A stretch of DNA of 64,000 bases from Octopus vulgaris (GCA_951406725.2 OX597823.1:94054001-94118000), one strand, 5' to 3'; shown: positions 24,912 through 38,065, counted from the first letter of the stretch. Program-made: numbers and translations. The notes: generated by a model from the letters alone, not told the origin.

Positions 24912-27820
24912 AGGAGGGTTAGGAATTTCTCGTCGACGCCCAGGTTTGCCCCGAGTGTGTCTTCGGACCTCTCCTCCACCAGTCCTCTATAGAACGCTTT
25001 ACTCGTTTGTAAGTTGCACAAGTTTGACCCCGGTCGGCAGAGCTGCTGTAGAGCTTGGTGACATTCTCGGGGCCAATCGCCCAGTTCCGGTTTCTTCCTG
25101 ATCCACGTTTGCAGTTCGGTCAGTGAGACGAGCTGCGGGAAGGCGCGCCTCGCAAACGGCGGCCACACCTGTTCACCGTCATCGATGAAGTTCCGGAGAT
25201 GTCGCAGTCTCAACGCATGCCTGCGCATCATCAACCACGGCATGCCTAGTCCTCCATTCAACGGATATTGACAGCAAATGGACCTCCTCACCATTCGAAC
25301 GCCACCCTTCCACAAGAAGCGGAAGAGTATGCGTTCCAGTTTGATGATGGTGGCGTCGGGACAAGGCACGACGGTCAGGCGGTAATCGATGACGGATGCG
25401 ATGTACGCGTTCGCCACCTCCGCCCGACCTTTTAGAGACAGCTTTCTCTCGGCCTATGTTTGGCTGAGAGCGACCACTCTACTCGTGATCTCGTCCCAGT
25501 TCTTATCCATTTGGAGGTCCGGACTGAACCAGACCCCGAGCAATTTAACCGGTCCGTCCGTCCAGCGTCCTACTACTGAGCCGCAGTCGGACGGCATGGG
25601 CTTGCTTCTCCAGGTGCCGAGTAGCAAACCCACTGACTTTTCCGGGTTAATCTTCGCTCCCGTCACCGTTTCGTATTTTCTTAGTGTCTCGCCTATCATC
25701 TGGATGTGTTTTTCGCTCGACACTATGACGGTGACATCGTCCGCATATGCCGACACGCTCGTCCTGTAACCCAGTTTCCGTGGGATGCCCCTCAGTGTCG
25801 CCAGCTTCCGCAGTAGCGGCTCGAGAGTCAATACATACAGAAGCGCCGACAGGGGACACCCCTGACGGACCGAACGCGTGATGTCAAAACGATTTCGACA
25901 GGTGGCCGTTCACCCGAATCACCGATCGGATGCCGCTATACAAGGCAGCGATCCAACCGCAGAAGACGGGACCGAAGCCAGCCGCCCTGAGGACGGCCGC
26001 CAAGTACCGATGGTCGACCCTATCGAAGGCCTTAGACTGATCCAAATTGATCAGCGCCCCACCAATGCCAGGATCCTTAACTACCCTGTTCATAATGTAG
26101 CGCATCAGATGGAGGTTGTCATGTATGGTTCTGCCCGGCACGGCGCATGTTTGCGCCATGTCGACCAGTTTACCAATGACAAGCGCCAACCTCTCGGCTA
26201 TTACTTTGGCCAAAATTTTCAAATCTGCGTTGAGCAGAGTGATGGGCATGAAATTATCTATAAAATTCCCCTTGTTTGGGTTTTTCTTCAGCAACGTCAC
26301 TGCACCTCGGCTCACGAAGCCGGGTATTCTCCCGTTTTGTTGCCAGTCGCAGTAGGCTGATGCCAAGAGGTCGCCAAACAAGTCTGGCATTTGACAATAC
26401 AGCTCGTAGGGTAAACCATCCAATCCAGGGTACTTATCCCTCGTGCATCGCGCCATCGCATCCCGCACGTCAGCGGCCGAGATGGGACTTTCACAACACT
26501 CCGCTTCTCTTGCCGAGAGCCGCGGCAGGTCGGTCAGGTAGGCACTGAAATCCATCCCGCGTTCCGACCCACCACTCGCACCAAACAGTCGAGCAAAGTG
26601 TTGTTGAAAGGCCTCACACATCCTTTCGGGTTCGAGTAAACTGCATCCCTGTTGATCTATTAGAGACCGAATGGTGGCTCTGTTGCCACGCTGCGCCTCT
26701 GCTACCCGGGCCTCTCACGCAGTTTCGATCCCTTCGTTCCTTAAGGCACGCATTTTAGCTCTGACGACGCAACCCTCGTGCTTGGCGTTGAGGTGTTGGT
26801 CGAGGACCATACTCGCAGCCAGCACGCTGGTCGCGCTGCCAGTGGTAAGTGCCTCTTCTAGTTTCTTAAGCAGGTCTCCCTCTACTCTATTTCGATCTAT
26901 CGCTAATTCCTTGCTAAACCTAATTGATTCCGATTTTATTGCCATTTTCAAGGCGAACCATCAGCGGTTGTTAAGAACGGTTCCCGTCAGCGCCCTCTTA
27001 ATTAACTCGCTAATCCGGTTCCTGTAAACCTGTCGCGCTAAGAGCGACGCGTTCAGTTTCCAGTAACCGGGACCCTGTCTATGTGTCTTATCTAAGTCGA
27101 GCGTACAAATTTGTCACAAATTTTACACGTCACAAATTTGTGGTCTGTGTAGCTGACTATTTTAAATTGTGGACATCCTACACTATCCCTATCCGCTGTC
27201 CTGCATAGAATTCTATCTAGATAAGATCTCGACGATCCGGCGCGGTTTGTCCAAGTCCACGTTGGCACGTTCGGATGGTCGAGTCGGGACCTGTCAGACA
27301 AATGGAAACGTCTGAGTAGGTCTTTGAGGCACTTACACCCCCTTCTATTCCTATCCATTCCCACATAATCTAGATGCGTGTCCAAGGTAGCGTTCCAATC
27401 CCCTACTAACAGTAAAGGTCTAGACGTACCCAGGAAAAACTCTAGACGCCTGAAGAAATCCGCCCGGCCCGTTAAGGACGGTGCATAAACTGCCATCAGT
27501 CGGAATGCACACCCATTTCTGCCATCCATGTCCAAGACAACCAGCCTACCCTCTGGGTCTAGGAATGTTGTTCTTACTTTTACATTTAGACTCTTTCGAA
27601 AAAGTACCGCGGTACCTCCACCACCCGTGTTCGGCAGACAGGGAGAAAAATAAATGTCGAATTGATCGCCAATTATGGACGCGAGAGCCCGCGGCTTGCT
27701 GAGTCTGGTTTCACTGATAGCTACTATATCCACATTCAGTGACTTGATGTCGTTTAGAAGGTAACCTTGTTTCCAAGCCGACGCCAAGCCACGCGCATTC
27801 ACACAACCTAATTTAAGCAT
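24912..27820 (-). pseudogene. ORF2: APE endonuclease + reverse transcriptase (frameshifts ~27120 and ~25885, stops ~26963 and ~25455)
   Basis: Motifs NARGL, SET, VYAP, GDWN, SYLDRI, TDH (endonuclease); PGLDGL, PITLLNADLKILAK, LDQSKAFDRV, RQGCPLS, AYADD, LLGV, GGLG (RT and downstream). Confidence 0.95.
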
Positions 27821-27886
27821 AATTGACGTTTAACGAATTTGTGTTTCACACACTACATTGGAAGAGACAAGAGGCAAGAGGGAAGG

Positions 27887-29499
27887 TCACTTACCCCTTT
27901 CGAAAGTTTCAGTTTTTTTTTCATCTTTTGTAGTGTCTTTGAGGAGGTGTTTGAATAGTTTTTTGGAGAGGTATTTTTGAAACCCCCCTACCGCATTTGG
28001 AAATATGGTTTTCAGTGTATGGTGTTGTGTTTGTGTTATGTGTAAAATTCTTATGTGTTTCGGTGGAGTGGTGCGCGGATGATTATTCGTCTTAAAGTCA
28101 TCCTCGCTGATGTTCGTGTTGGATCCAATGTAATCCATTAGTTTTTTATTGTCCGTGTCTATTGCTGTTAGTTGTGTGTGTGGTTTTGCGGGGTCATTGA
28201 TTTTTTGATTGTCTGAGGGGATGCTGTCCGAAGTAAAATATCTCCCTGCTTTACTTACTTGTTTAGTGGGCTTTTTTGGTCTTTTCCTTTTACCCCCTGT
28301 GGCTATTTGCCATTCCGTCGAACTTTCGTCGTTGGACGACAAGTCCAACGAATCAGAAGGGGGTAAAGGCAAAGCATTTGCGTTAATATGTATGTTTGTA
28401 GAAATTGTTGATGTTTTGTGCGGTGTTTGTGTTGTTAGGGTGTTAGGGGTAGAATTTGTCTTCTCGTCATTGTTTTCTGTTTTTTAGTTGTCGTCCATGG
28501 TGCTGGTGTTGGTCTATCTTCTTTTGGTGTTGTTTCAGTATGTTGAATTGGTTGCGACGTCAACGGTGATTGCGTTGGTGCTGTTTCTTTTCTTGGAGAT
28601 GTTGTTGGGGTTTGTTTGCTGGTTTGTTGTTTTTCTTGGCATTGTTCCATAATTGAGTGTGTTGGTGTTGGTGTTGGCAACAAAGGTGTTTTATTTGTTT
28701 TCTGATTTGTTCTTTCTTGTTTTTTCTGTCCCAGAACGCACTGTGCAATTACATGTTCTGGGCTGCCACAGTTGTAGCATCTTGGCTTTTTGCCTTCTGT
28801 TACAACATATAGGCTTTGCCCATTTTCTAAATGGATCCTATCAGGTAGGTTCTCGATAAAGGATAACTCAATCTGGATGGTCACTTCTATTGATTTACCA
28901 CCCCAATTGTCATTTTTGTACACGGCGATTTCTAATATGTTTATCGTTTTTAAATGGTAACATATCGCTCCTGTTATCCATTTGTTAGGTATCTCCGGTG
29001 GTACATTTTTAATGCTAATTCGTTTGGTCGCGTTTATTTCTTTCTCTCCTTCACTTGTTAATGGTGGAGGGAACAATGGCTGAAGGGAATTGTTGTTGTT
29101 GTTATTGTTGTTATTGTTATTGTCGTTCTTGATGGCGACGGTGGTGTTAGTAGCAAGGGAGGCAGTCGTAGTAGTAGATATTGTAGTGGTGGCATTGGTA
29201 TTGACGACACGGTCTTCGGTGGCGGTGATCTTGGTATTGTTATTGTTGTTGGTAGTGGTATCGTTATCAGAGGTAGCAGAAGCTGCCATGGTGGTGGTAT
29301 CGGTGTTGATGGTGGAATCATTGGTGGCGGTGAGGGTGCTTGGCCTTACGACCTTTGTTTTGTAGTTGTTGCTGTTGTCGATGCTGATGGTGGTGGTGGC
29401 GGTGTTGTCAGGTTCAGCGTATGCTGACAGGGGATCCTGCTTTTTTGTCTCTGCGTCACGCTTGACTTGCACCTCAGCCTCGTGGTGACCAGTAGCCAT
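27887..29499 (-). pseudogene. ORF1 gag-like nucleic-acid-binding protein, split by a probable frameshift near 28480
   Basis: CYNCGSPEHVIAQC (CX2CX4HX4C), RRM-like segment RISIKNVPPEI, Thr/Asn low-complexity N-terminus, basic KRKRPKK in the downstream frame. Confidence 0.85.
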
Positions 29500-29717
29500 T
29501 TTTGAAAGTAAAACGGCTAAATGAAACCACGAAGGCTATGAGAATTTTTTTTTAATTTTGCCCACAAAGGGCAAAATTTTGTGTAGATATTAATCAAGGT
29601 TTGCAGTGGATGTTGTTGCACAACTTTTAAACACAAAATATTTGACAATAAACAATTTTCAACGTACAAAATGACCAACTTACGTTGAGCCCATTCGACT
29701 AGCGTCCGTCCATGTCG

Positions 29718-29795
<78 letters not shown>

Positions 29796-29821
29796 CCAGA
29801 CAGACAGACAGACAGACAGAC

Positions 29822-29916
<95 letters not shown>

Positions 29917-29945
29917 CAAATAGATAGATATAGATATAGATATAT
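29718..29945. repeat. (TAGA)n/(CAGA)n microsatellite
   Basis: Directly visible. Confidence 0.95.
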
Positions 29946-29977
29946 GGTACAGCTAGGTTGGCAGAATGCATATTGTA

Positions 29978-31910
29978 AGTATGATAATTTCATTCCGATC
30001 CGTGATAATGGACAGAAAACATGGAAGTGAATATATTTGACTTTGATGTGGCGATGGCACTGGAATATGCTAATTAATTAATGCAGTAACGATTTCAAGG
30101 AAATTATCGATGTTCCATGAAACGCGAAATGATGATCATATAGCTTAATGCAGATCCCAGATATTATATACAGAACAACGGTTATTGATAGGATAGGAAT
30201 GGCCTGGAATATCAGAATACATACACACATACACACACACATACACACACACACACATACACACACACACACACACACACATGCACATATATAACATGAA
30301 GATGGAATGAACAGACTTTAATCACAAATCACAATTCATAACTGTTTCTGATTAAAGCCTGTTCATAGAATCTTGATTTGTAATATTTTATACAAGTTCT
30401 ACATTCACTAATGAAATTCCTTATATACACCCAATGAAAATATTAATCCTGCTGTATAATGACATATGATAGCTGATAACTGTATGGGAGATTTGAAGTG
30501 CAAGTTATGTGGTTGTTACTGAGATTATTTTAAATGTGTGTGTATGCATGTATGTGTGTGTGTATGCATGTATTATGTTTGTACTGATATTGTATTTGGA
30601 GTATATGATACACGTTATATAACGAATAATCATATTTGTTAATGAAATGCACGTAAGATGCTATAAGTATAAACTAATTTTAAATAAGTAAGTCTGTATA
30701 TACATATATCTATATATTTATATATACATACACCAGCTGACCTACTCGGTAATTCCCGGGAAAGCGGGGGTCATCCCATGGTTCCATTCTCATAATTGTT
30801 TCGCTAATCCAATAACAACAATACAAAGTATGTAGCCCTTAAAACGGCTTTTGTACATTTACAGAGAATACCGAACTGCCTTACACAGGATCTTGTTTTT
30901 AAGAATTCCGATTAAGTTATGATTACCCAAATTGGGAAGTCAGTTATATAATAACATGAAATTAGTTACCCGATATTAGCAATTCAAATAAAGTAGCCCC
31001 GAAAGATCTTAAATGCGTCCCCGGAGTATATAGAACTAAGGAGGGAATACTAATAAGGTACGTATACGAAAATCTTGAAGCATGTTACACAATTACATGC
31101 TAATCAGATATGAAATAAAAACAATAAAGACAAATAACTTTAAAAATGGCTTTTGTGCGTTCCCAGAAAATATTACCCTCAGTGGCGCTAGTGTTGGTAT
31201 ATTCATGAATAACCGAATTAGGTAGATCTATTGTTTAGAAAAATACTATTTATTTGTTTAAGGGTTGCACTGGATAAATTGCGAAAATAACTCCAACAGT
31301 TCAAATACTAAGAAATAAGCATATTCAATTTGATTCATACCAAATGATTTAGGAAAATGAATGGGTTATTTCCTTCGGCTATGAAAATGTATATATACAC
31401 ATACTGGTATATATACCTAGATACATATGAAGGGTATATTCAATGTGTATGCTTAAATATCCATATGTACTTGTATGTATGTACACGTATGTATGCATGT
31501 ATGTATATGAGTAGAAGCCAAAACTAATAGGATTATTAACGAAATATAACTTTTGCGCGTCGAGTTAATAGGGAATATCATAACAGAATTGGATTATGGA
31601 GGATTTCGCAATCTCTTTGAATTATCTCCTTGAATTAAGACAAGTCTATTTCCAATGCAATTCTGTCCTCATATTCCAAGCTATTCCTTTCTTATCAATA
31701 TCCATTGGGCTGTCTATTTTATACATTGGATACGTATTAAACTATATGATTGTCACTTCGCATTTCGAGGAACATCGCTAAATCCCTTGAAATCGTAACT
31801 GCATTAATTAATTAACGTATTCTAATCCCATTAGTACATCACTGTCAAATGCATACACCTCTATTCTTTCACTCCTTTATCATTGGATTGGAAGTAGATG
31901 ACTATCGTAA
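29978..31910. repeat. diverged ~240 bp inverted repeat pair (29978-30220 / 31663-31910)
   Basis: For example TAATTAATTAATGCAGTAACGATTTCAAGG vs CCTTGAAATCGTAACTGCATTAATTAATTA. The opposite-strand ORF translations share LIFQAIP.LSI. Confidence 0.75.
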
Positions 31911-32061
31911 CAGAAAGGGACGTCCATGCCTTTATCATAAAGATGCCGCCATCCATTGCCTGTGTGTGTGCTGACTTCCATTTTCTTAACAGATACCTAT
32001 ATGATCATTTATATACAGGCACACACACACACACATATATATATATACGTTATACATACAC

Positions 32062-32126
<65 letters not shown>

Positions 32127-32131
32127 CATAC

Positions 32132-32239
<108 letters not shown>

Positions 32240-32561
32240 CGAATTATAAACAAGGGCAAAAGAAAATTATTTCTATGCCAATATGCTGAAAACATATAGT
32301 ATTTTAATATGCTGCCACTTTTCTGGTGAAATTTTTTTCTGTAAAAAGAACTTCATCCTATATTAGTAGTATTTATATATATATATATAACATTACGAGC
32401 ATATATATGTGTGTGTGTGTCCATGTGTGTGTAATTATATATTTACATGCACATAATTTCCAATACACTGTGAAAAGGACATTGATAGCTGTATTTGGCA
32501 ACCTCTCGACCTTTTCTCTCAACCTGTCTCTCTCGTTTCCTATATACATACATATATTTCA

Positions 32562-32790
32562 TCATGCTGAACCGTTAATTACTACACATTTTTTCTTTCT
32601 CTGTTTTTCTTTCTCTGTTTTTTTCTTGTGTTGTTTTCGTTCTCGTACCTTTTTTTCTCAGTGCTTTCTGACAAAGAGTGCAGGTTCGAAACGTCAAGAA
32701 CTTTTCCACTCTTCCCGAGCGTCAAAACTCCACCTGCTTGTTGAGACCTCTCTCGTCTTGGTCTTTTGTGTTCTGTAAATTTTAACTATA
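32562..32790 (+). mobile_element. Penelope-like short repeat with degenerate hammerhead (32664-32699)
   Basis: TTT-CTGACAA-A-GAGT-GCAG-GTTC-GAAA-CGT-C-AAG. Same layout as 20183-20372. Confidence 0.6.
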
Positions 32791-32800
32791 CATGTGTGTG

Positions 32801-32894
<94 letters not shown>

Positions 32895-33494
32895 TCATTG
32901 TTGATTCACTAGAAGCGATAAATTACAGGATGCAATACAGATACAGAGTACTCTGTCATACATTAAACGTTATATCTGAAGACAAAGACTTTGATATCCA
33001 GTATTCCGAGTTGCTCATTTCCAATCATTTCCTGTTAAACCAAGGCTCGTTTCCTTTTGAATATTCACTGCCTGAATTTATATTGAGATACATATATATT
33101 TTTTTCAGATGAAATGAATATTAGATGGTGTTTATAACGTTTATAATAACATTACCGCGAGAACAAGAACTGAAATCAAAAACGTTAGCTTGAAGGAGCC
33201 GTTTCCGCATCTGTCGCTCACAAACGAAATAACATGAGAGTAGGCGAAATAACACAGCGATAAGCGCTTACTTCAAACTCTCATTTCCTATATAAAAACA
33301 TATTCAGACAGTGGCAAGTCAAAATCAGAAGTAAACTAGACTTCATTTGCCACCTGATGATCGGAAATTAGCAGCTCTGCGTACGAGAGGTCGCAGCCTT
33401 TCAATTATAAAATATCTATTTCTCTATCTACGTCTGTTTACACACACACATACATATATATATCCATATATACACAAAATATACATATTCATAC

Positions 33495-33525
<31 letters not shown>

Positions 33526-33527
33526 TT

Positions 33528-33607
<80 letters not shown>

Positions 33608-34201
33608 TAGATATAGATATATACATATAGCTTATGTAATAAATGCGAAAACTAATTTCTGTGTTAGTGTATCACACTTAAACCCCCTCACTTATTGTTC
33701 AATGACACTCCTACTATTCCTCATGATGGAGTGAGAGTAATAGCAGGCATAGAGTCGGTGAAAGCGAAGGCGACGACAGAGAAAGGAAAAAGAGAGGGAG
33801 AGAAAGAGAGACAAAGAAATTGAGGGAGAGTTAATGATGTTTTATTAAAAGTAGTAGTGTTGATGGTGGCAGTAATAATAAAAGCGGGAGAAAGAGTAGG
33901 TATGTGAGAGAAAGAGATGTTCAACTTTCTTAAGCCATGTCTCTTTAACAGAAATTGCCAATATGCTGAATATTGTCATTTTAGTGTTGACTCCACCCAG
34001 TCCTTTTTTCGTTATATTCCCCATCCTAAAAGAGGTCACCATCCTTGAACTAATATCTCATGCCAGAGCTATACAATATAAATAAATGGTAAAAGGCAAT
34101 CCAAATTGAAAAGAAATCCCTCTCCCCCTCTCTCTCTCTTTCTACCTATCCTTCTGTCTATCGATATTTATCTATCTATCTATCTACCGATCTATTAATC
34201 T

Positions 34202-34560
34202 TTAAGCATCTACATCAATTAGTGTACAAGTATTTTCTTCCCTGTCTTTAATACTTATGTCTGGTCGATTATCGTGGATCGTTCTGTCAATATTGACTGG
34301 AAAATCCCAGAGGATAGAAGCATTTTTACCTTCAGCGACTGGCTCAGGGGGATGTTCATACCAAAAAGCAGGAATGCTGATTTTGTGGTGTTTAAATATT
34401 TTCCAGGGTAAATACTGACTTACCCTACCGTGGCGAGTTTTGTATTCGTTTGGTGTTAGCATAGGACAACCCGAGACAAGATGTTCTATTGTTTCGTCAA
34501 ATGTGTCGCAGAATTTGCATTTAGGGTCAGAACAGTTTTGAAGAACGTTAGCCTTGTAGA
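34202..34560 (-). mobile_element. R4/Dong-type LINE fragment (zinc knuckle + restriction-like endonuclease)
   Basis: CKFCDTFDETIEHLVSGC, YKTRH, ILWDF, NRPDI, LIDV. Confidence 0.85.
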
Positions 34561-34576
34561 TTTTTGTGAAACCTTC

Positions 34577-35137
34577 AGTCTGTGCAACAAGTATGGTCTT
34601 GAAAACTTTGCAACAAGAATGGACTGGACAGAGAAAAAATGTGGTACGAACATAAGCCCGAAGGCATCATCAAAAATTATAAAGCAAAGACCCTATGGGA
34701 TTTTATAATTCAGTGCGATCATGAGATAGAGAATAGGAAATCAGACATAGTGTTAATTGAGAATGAAAACAAACGATACAAGATCATAGATATAGCATGC
34801 CCAGCTGACAAGGTATGCGATAAAGAAGAAAGAAAAGTCGATATATATAACAGGTTAGCTTGGGAGGTAAAGAAGTTGCGTTCAATGAAAATGGTGGAAG
34901 TAGTCCCAATAATTATCGGAGGCCTGGGAACAGTGATTAAATGTCTTCAGAAGTACGTGGAACAAATAGGGGCTGAAATAAATGTGGAGCACTTGCAGTA
35001 AACATGTAAACATCACTGCTTGGAACCGCTCGAATACTCCGGAAGTTGCTCGAAAACTAAGGGGTGTTACCTAAGTTCACTGGAAGTGAACAGCTGACAA
35101 CCTAGTACATCTCCAGCGTTAGAAGCTGTGCAAAGGC
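34577..35137 (+). mobile_element. R4/Dong LINE 3' end, followed by (ATG)n/(ATA)n
   Basis: WYEHKPE..LWDF..RKSDIV..IIDIACP..K...Y..L..VPIIIGGLG..LLGTARILRKLLEN*. Same family as 56315-58838. Confidence 0.9.
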
Positions 35138-35189
35138 AATGATGATGGTGATGATGATGATGATAAAAATAACAATAATAATAATAATA

Positions 35190-35317
<128 letters not shown>

Positions 35318-35829
35318 CATTATTATCATTATTATAGTTGTGCGGAGAATATTGTTTACAACGATGATAGTGTCGTGACCAGATTAGTGAAATAAGAGAA
35401 GATTTGTGAATGCGGTTTGGATTTTCTATAATGTGTTTCGGATATTGGGTCATTGAAATGGCCTTACTTTCCTGGATTTACTGTATTTCATGCGTTAATA
35501 ATAGCTGTGGCGGGTGATGGAGAGATTAGGATGAATAGTGGACTACTAACAATATATCATCATCATCAACATTATCAGCATCATCATTATCATTAACATC
35601 ATTATCATTAACATCATCATCATTCACAATCATCATCACCATCAGCATTATCATCACTATCATCCTGATGATAAACATCATCATAATCTTTATTATCATC
35701 ACCACCACCGTCATCACCTAAATACCAAAATCACCAATACCTGGCGATCTCCTCTAACACTAGAATCACTATGGCTCGAAGAATCAATACCTGACAATAC
35801 CTTACCAATTGTATTCTTTGTGGTAGCAA

Positions 35830-36040
35830 AGGCGGTGAGCTGGCAGAAACGTTAACACACCGGGTGAAATGTATCGGTATTTCATATCCTTACGTTCTGA
35901 GTTCAAATTTCACCGAGGCCTACTTTGCCTTTCATCCTTTCGGGTGCTATAATTTAAGTACCAGGTGCGTACTGGAGTCGATCTAATCGACTAGCGTCCT
36001 CCCTCAAAATTTTTGGCCTCGTGCCTAGAGTAGAATAGAT
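35830..36040 (+). mobile_element. SINE family A
   Basis: AAGGCGGTGAGCTGGCAGAA head and family body. Confidence 0.85.
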
Positions 36041-36114
36041 CCTATATGGTAGTAATTTCAAATGAACTCCAGTGAAATTCCAAATTTCCTTCTTTCAATC
36101 AATTTTATCAGATA

Positions 36115-36271
36115 TAGGCGCGCCTGTGTAAGCCGTTTGATTTCCAAACACTTGGTTCCGGGTTCAATTCAACCGCCTTGCACCTTAGCCAAGTGTTTTC
36201 TAATATAGTCTGCGGCCTAGTAGGCATTTCTAAGTGGATTTGTTAGACAGAAACTGAAAGAAGCCCGTCGT
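36115..36271 (+). mobile_element. SINE family B head
   Basis: GGTTCCGGGTTCAATTC...CACCTTAGCCAAGTG...GAAACTGAAAGAAGCCCGTCG. Confidence 0.75.
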
Positions 36272-36367
36272 AGATATGTATGTGTGCCAACCTTCTCTTG
36301 ATGAGGGGAGCTGAGCTTATTGTAATATCTCCGTACTATTGCTAACTGATTGCCTATCCAAGAGTTT

Positions 36368-36770
36368 AAGGCGGCGAACTGGCAGAAGCGTTAGCACGCC
36401 GGGCGAAATGCATAGCCGTATTTCGTCTGCCGTTACGTTCTGAGTTCAAATTCCGCCGAGGTCGACTTTGCCTTTCATCCTTTCGGGGCCGATGAATTAA
36501 GTTCCAGTTACGTAATGAGGTCGATATAATCGACTTAATCCGTTTGTCTGTCCTGGTTTGTCCTCTCTGTGTTTAGCCCCTTGTACGTAGTAAAGAAATA
36601 GGTATTTCCTCTGCCGCTACGTTCTGAGTTCAAAATCCGTTCTTTACATCCTTTCGGGGTTGATGAATTAAGTACCAGTTACGCGCTGGGGTCGATGTAA
36701 TCGACTTGATCCCTTTGTTTGTCCATGTTTGCCTCCTCTATGTTTAGCCCCTTGTGAGCAATAAAGAAAT
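36368..36770 (+). mobile_element. SINE family A head-to-tail dimer with 10-bp TSD
   Basis: Full unit to 36600; second unit starts at internal GGTATTTC. AAGAGTTTAA at 36360-36369 and 36771-36780. Confidence 0.85.
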
Positions 36771-37145
36771 AAGAGTTTAATGGATCCCTTCTTTGGGTTT
36801 TCCATATCCCCGCCCGCAGGTATTAAACAAGCTGAATATGAAATACTTTAATCGCAAGGACTTGTGATCTACCATCTGATCAGCACCTCCATGGTTATCT
36901 TTCTTATGGAAGTGATTCGTGAGAAACTGCACTTCATATTAATTCATGAGGGGAACTACACTTTACGTTACTTCAAAACAGCGAGAATGCAACCACTAAT
37001 ACATCTATTCATTCTCAATACATTCTGGCAGATTTGAATGCGAAAATGCTAATCGTTGTTGTATCTCGTCTTCGAAGATCCCCTCCATTTAGGCAATGTA
37101 TGTTCATAACACATATGATTTCACCGTGTAAGAGAACTTCGACAT

Positions 37146-37485
37146 GAGAAAATTACTATTTGTATATCTCACGAGAGATATTCAGGAACATTACTTTGGA
37201 GTAAAGATTGTTTGCTAACATAACATGGAAGTCCTGGTTTAGAACGAATGTTGCTGTAATCTAGCCCCAAGAGACATCGTCTCCAGCTGGCTAAATGACA
37301 CAATCTGTGTCCTTATATTTTCGAACAAGGGAATCTAGCCGCATGGGAGTGCTAGATTCCCTTGTTCGAAAAAATATATATGTCGTATAGCCAGCTGGAG
37401 ACGATGTTTCCTGGGGCTAAATTACAGCAACATTCGTCCTAAACCAGGACTGCCATGCTATGATGGCAAATAATCTTTACTCCAA
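37146..37485. mobile_element. asymmetric foldback element with target-site duplication
   Basis: Arms 37196-37339 / 37351-37485. AACTTCGACAT direct repeat at 37135-37145 and 37484-37494. Confidence 0.8.
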
Positions 37486-37839
37486 CTTCGACATTGTTAT
37501 GTCTCATCAGTCAGAGTGACTTCACTGGTCCAATGAATCTGACAAGAATAAGATCTCCCGTTTATAGGAATCAGCAAACACATTATCGGTTGATACACAC
37601 AGATATCTTGAGGTGGTCTTCACATTCAACGCTGCCAGAATGAACAACGAATGAATCGATACGTTATAGTCTTTATATCGTTTCTGTGGAATAAGCAATG
37701 GGTGCGTTCTGCTGTCTTGAATGAAAAGCCTTTGATGAGTCAGACGAATTGTTTCGTCACGCTAATGCTAACGTCATAACGTCCTTGCTAATAATCGGCG
37801 ATGCATCCAATGAAGGCGCGTCGCTTAGTGGTTAGGTCG

Positions 37840-38065
37840 ATTTTTCCTTTCATCCTTTCGAGGTCGATAAATTAAGTACCAGTTGAGCACTGATGTTGAT
37901 GTGATCGACGGCTATTTTCGTTCAAAGTTCAAATCACGGCAAAGTCACCTTCACCTTTTATCTTTTCGGGGTCGATAAATTAAAGTAACATTCTAAATGC
38001 TGGAGTTGATGTAATCGATATGTACTACTCCTCAAAATTTCTGGCCTTGTGCCCAAATTAGAAAT
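37840..38065 (+). mobile_element. rearranged SINE family A fragments
   Basis: Two tandem TTTCGRGGTCGATAAATTAA bodies. Confidence 0.65.

Larger units (their letters stand above)
24912..29520 (-). mobile_element. L1/Tx1-clade non-LTR retrotransposon, 3'-truncated
   Basis: ORF1 with CCHC knuckle, 66-nt spacer, ORF2 with APE endonuclease and RT. GC-rich relative to the flanks. Confidence 0.95.

Noticed and set aside
29500-29717. Idea that the Tx1 element 5' end targets (GATA)n
   Set aside because: 29556-29717 looks like a separate repeat fragment, so the LINE probably does not abut the GATA array.
33354-33372. CTGATGA-TCG-GAAA hammerhead-like boxes
   Set aside because: There is no stem II, no palindromic stem III and no stem I complementarity.
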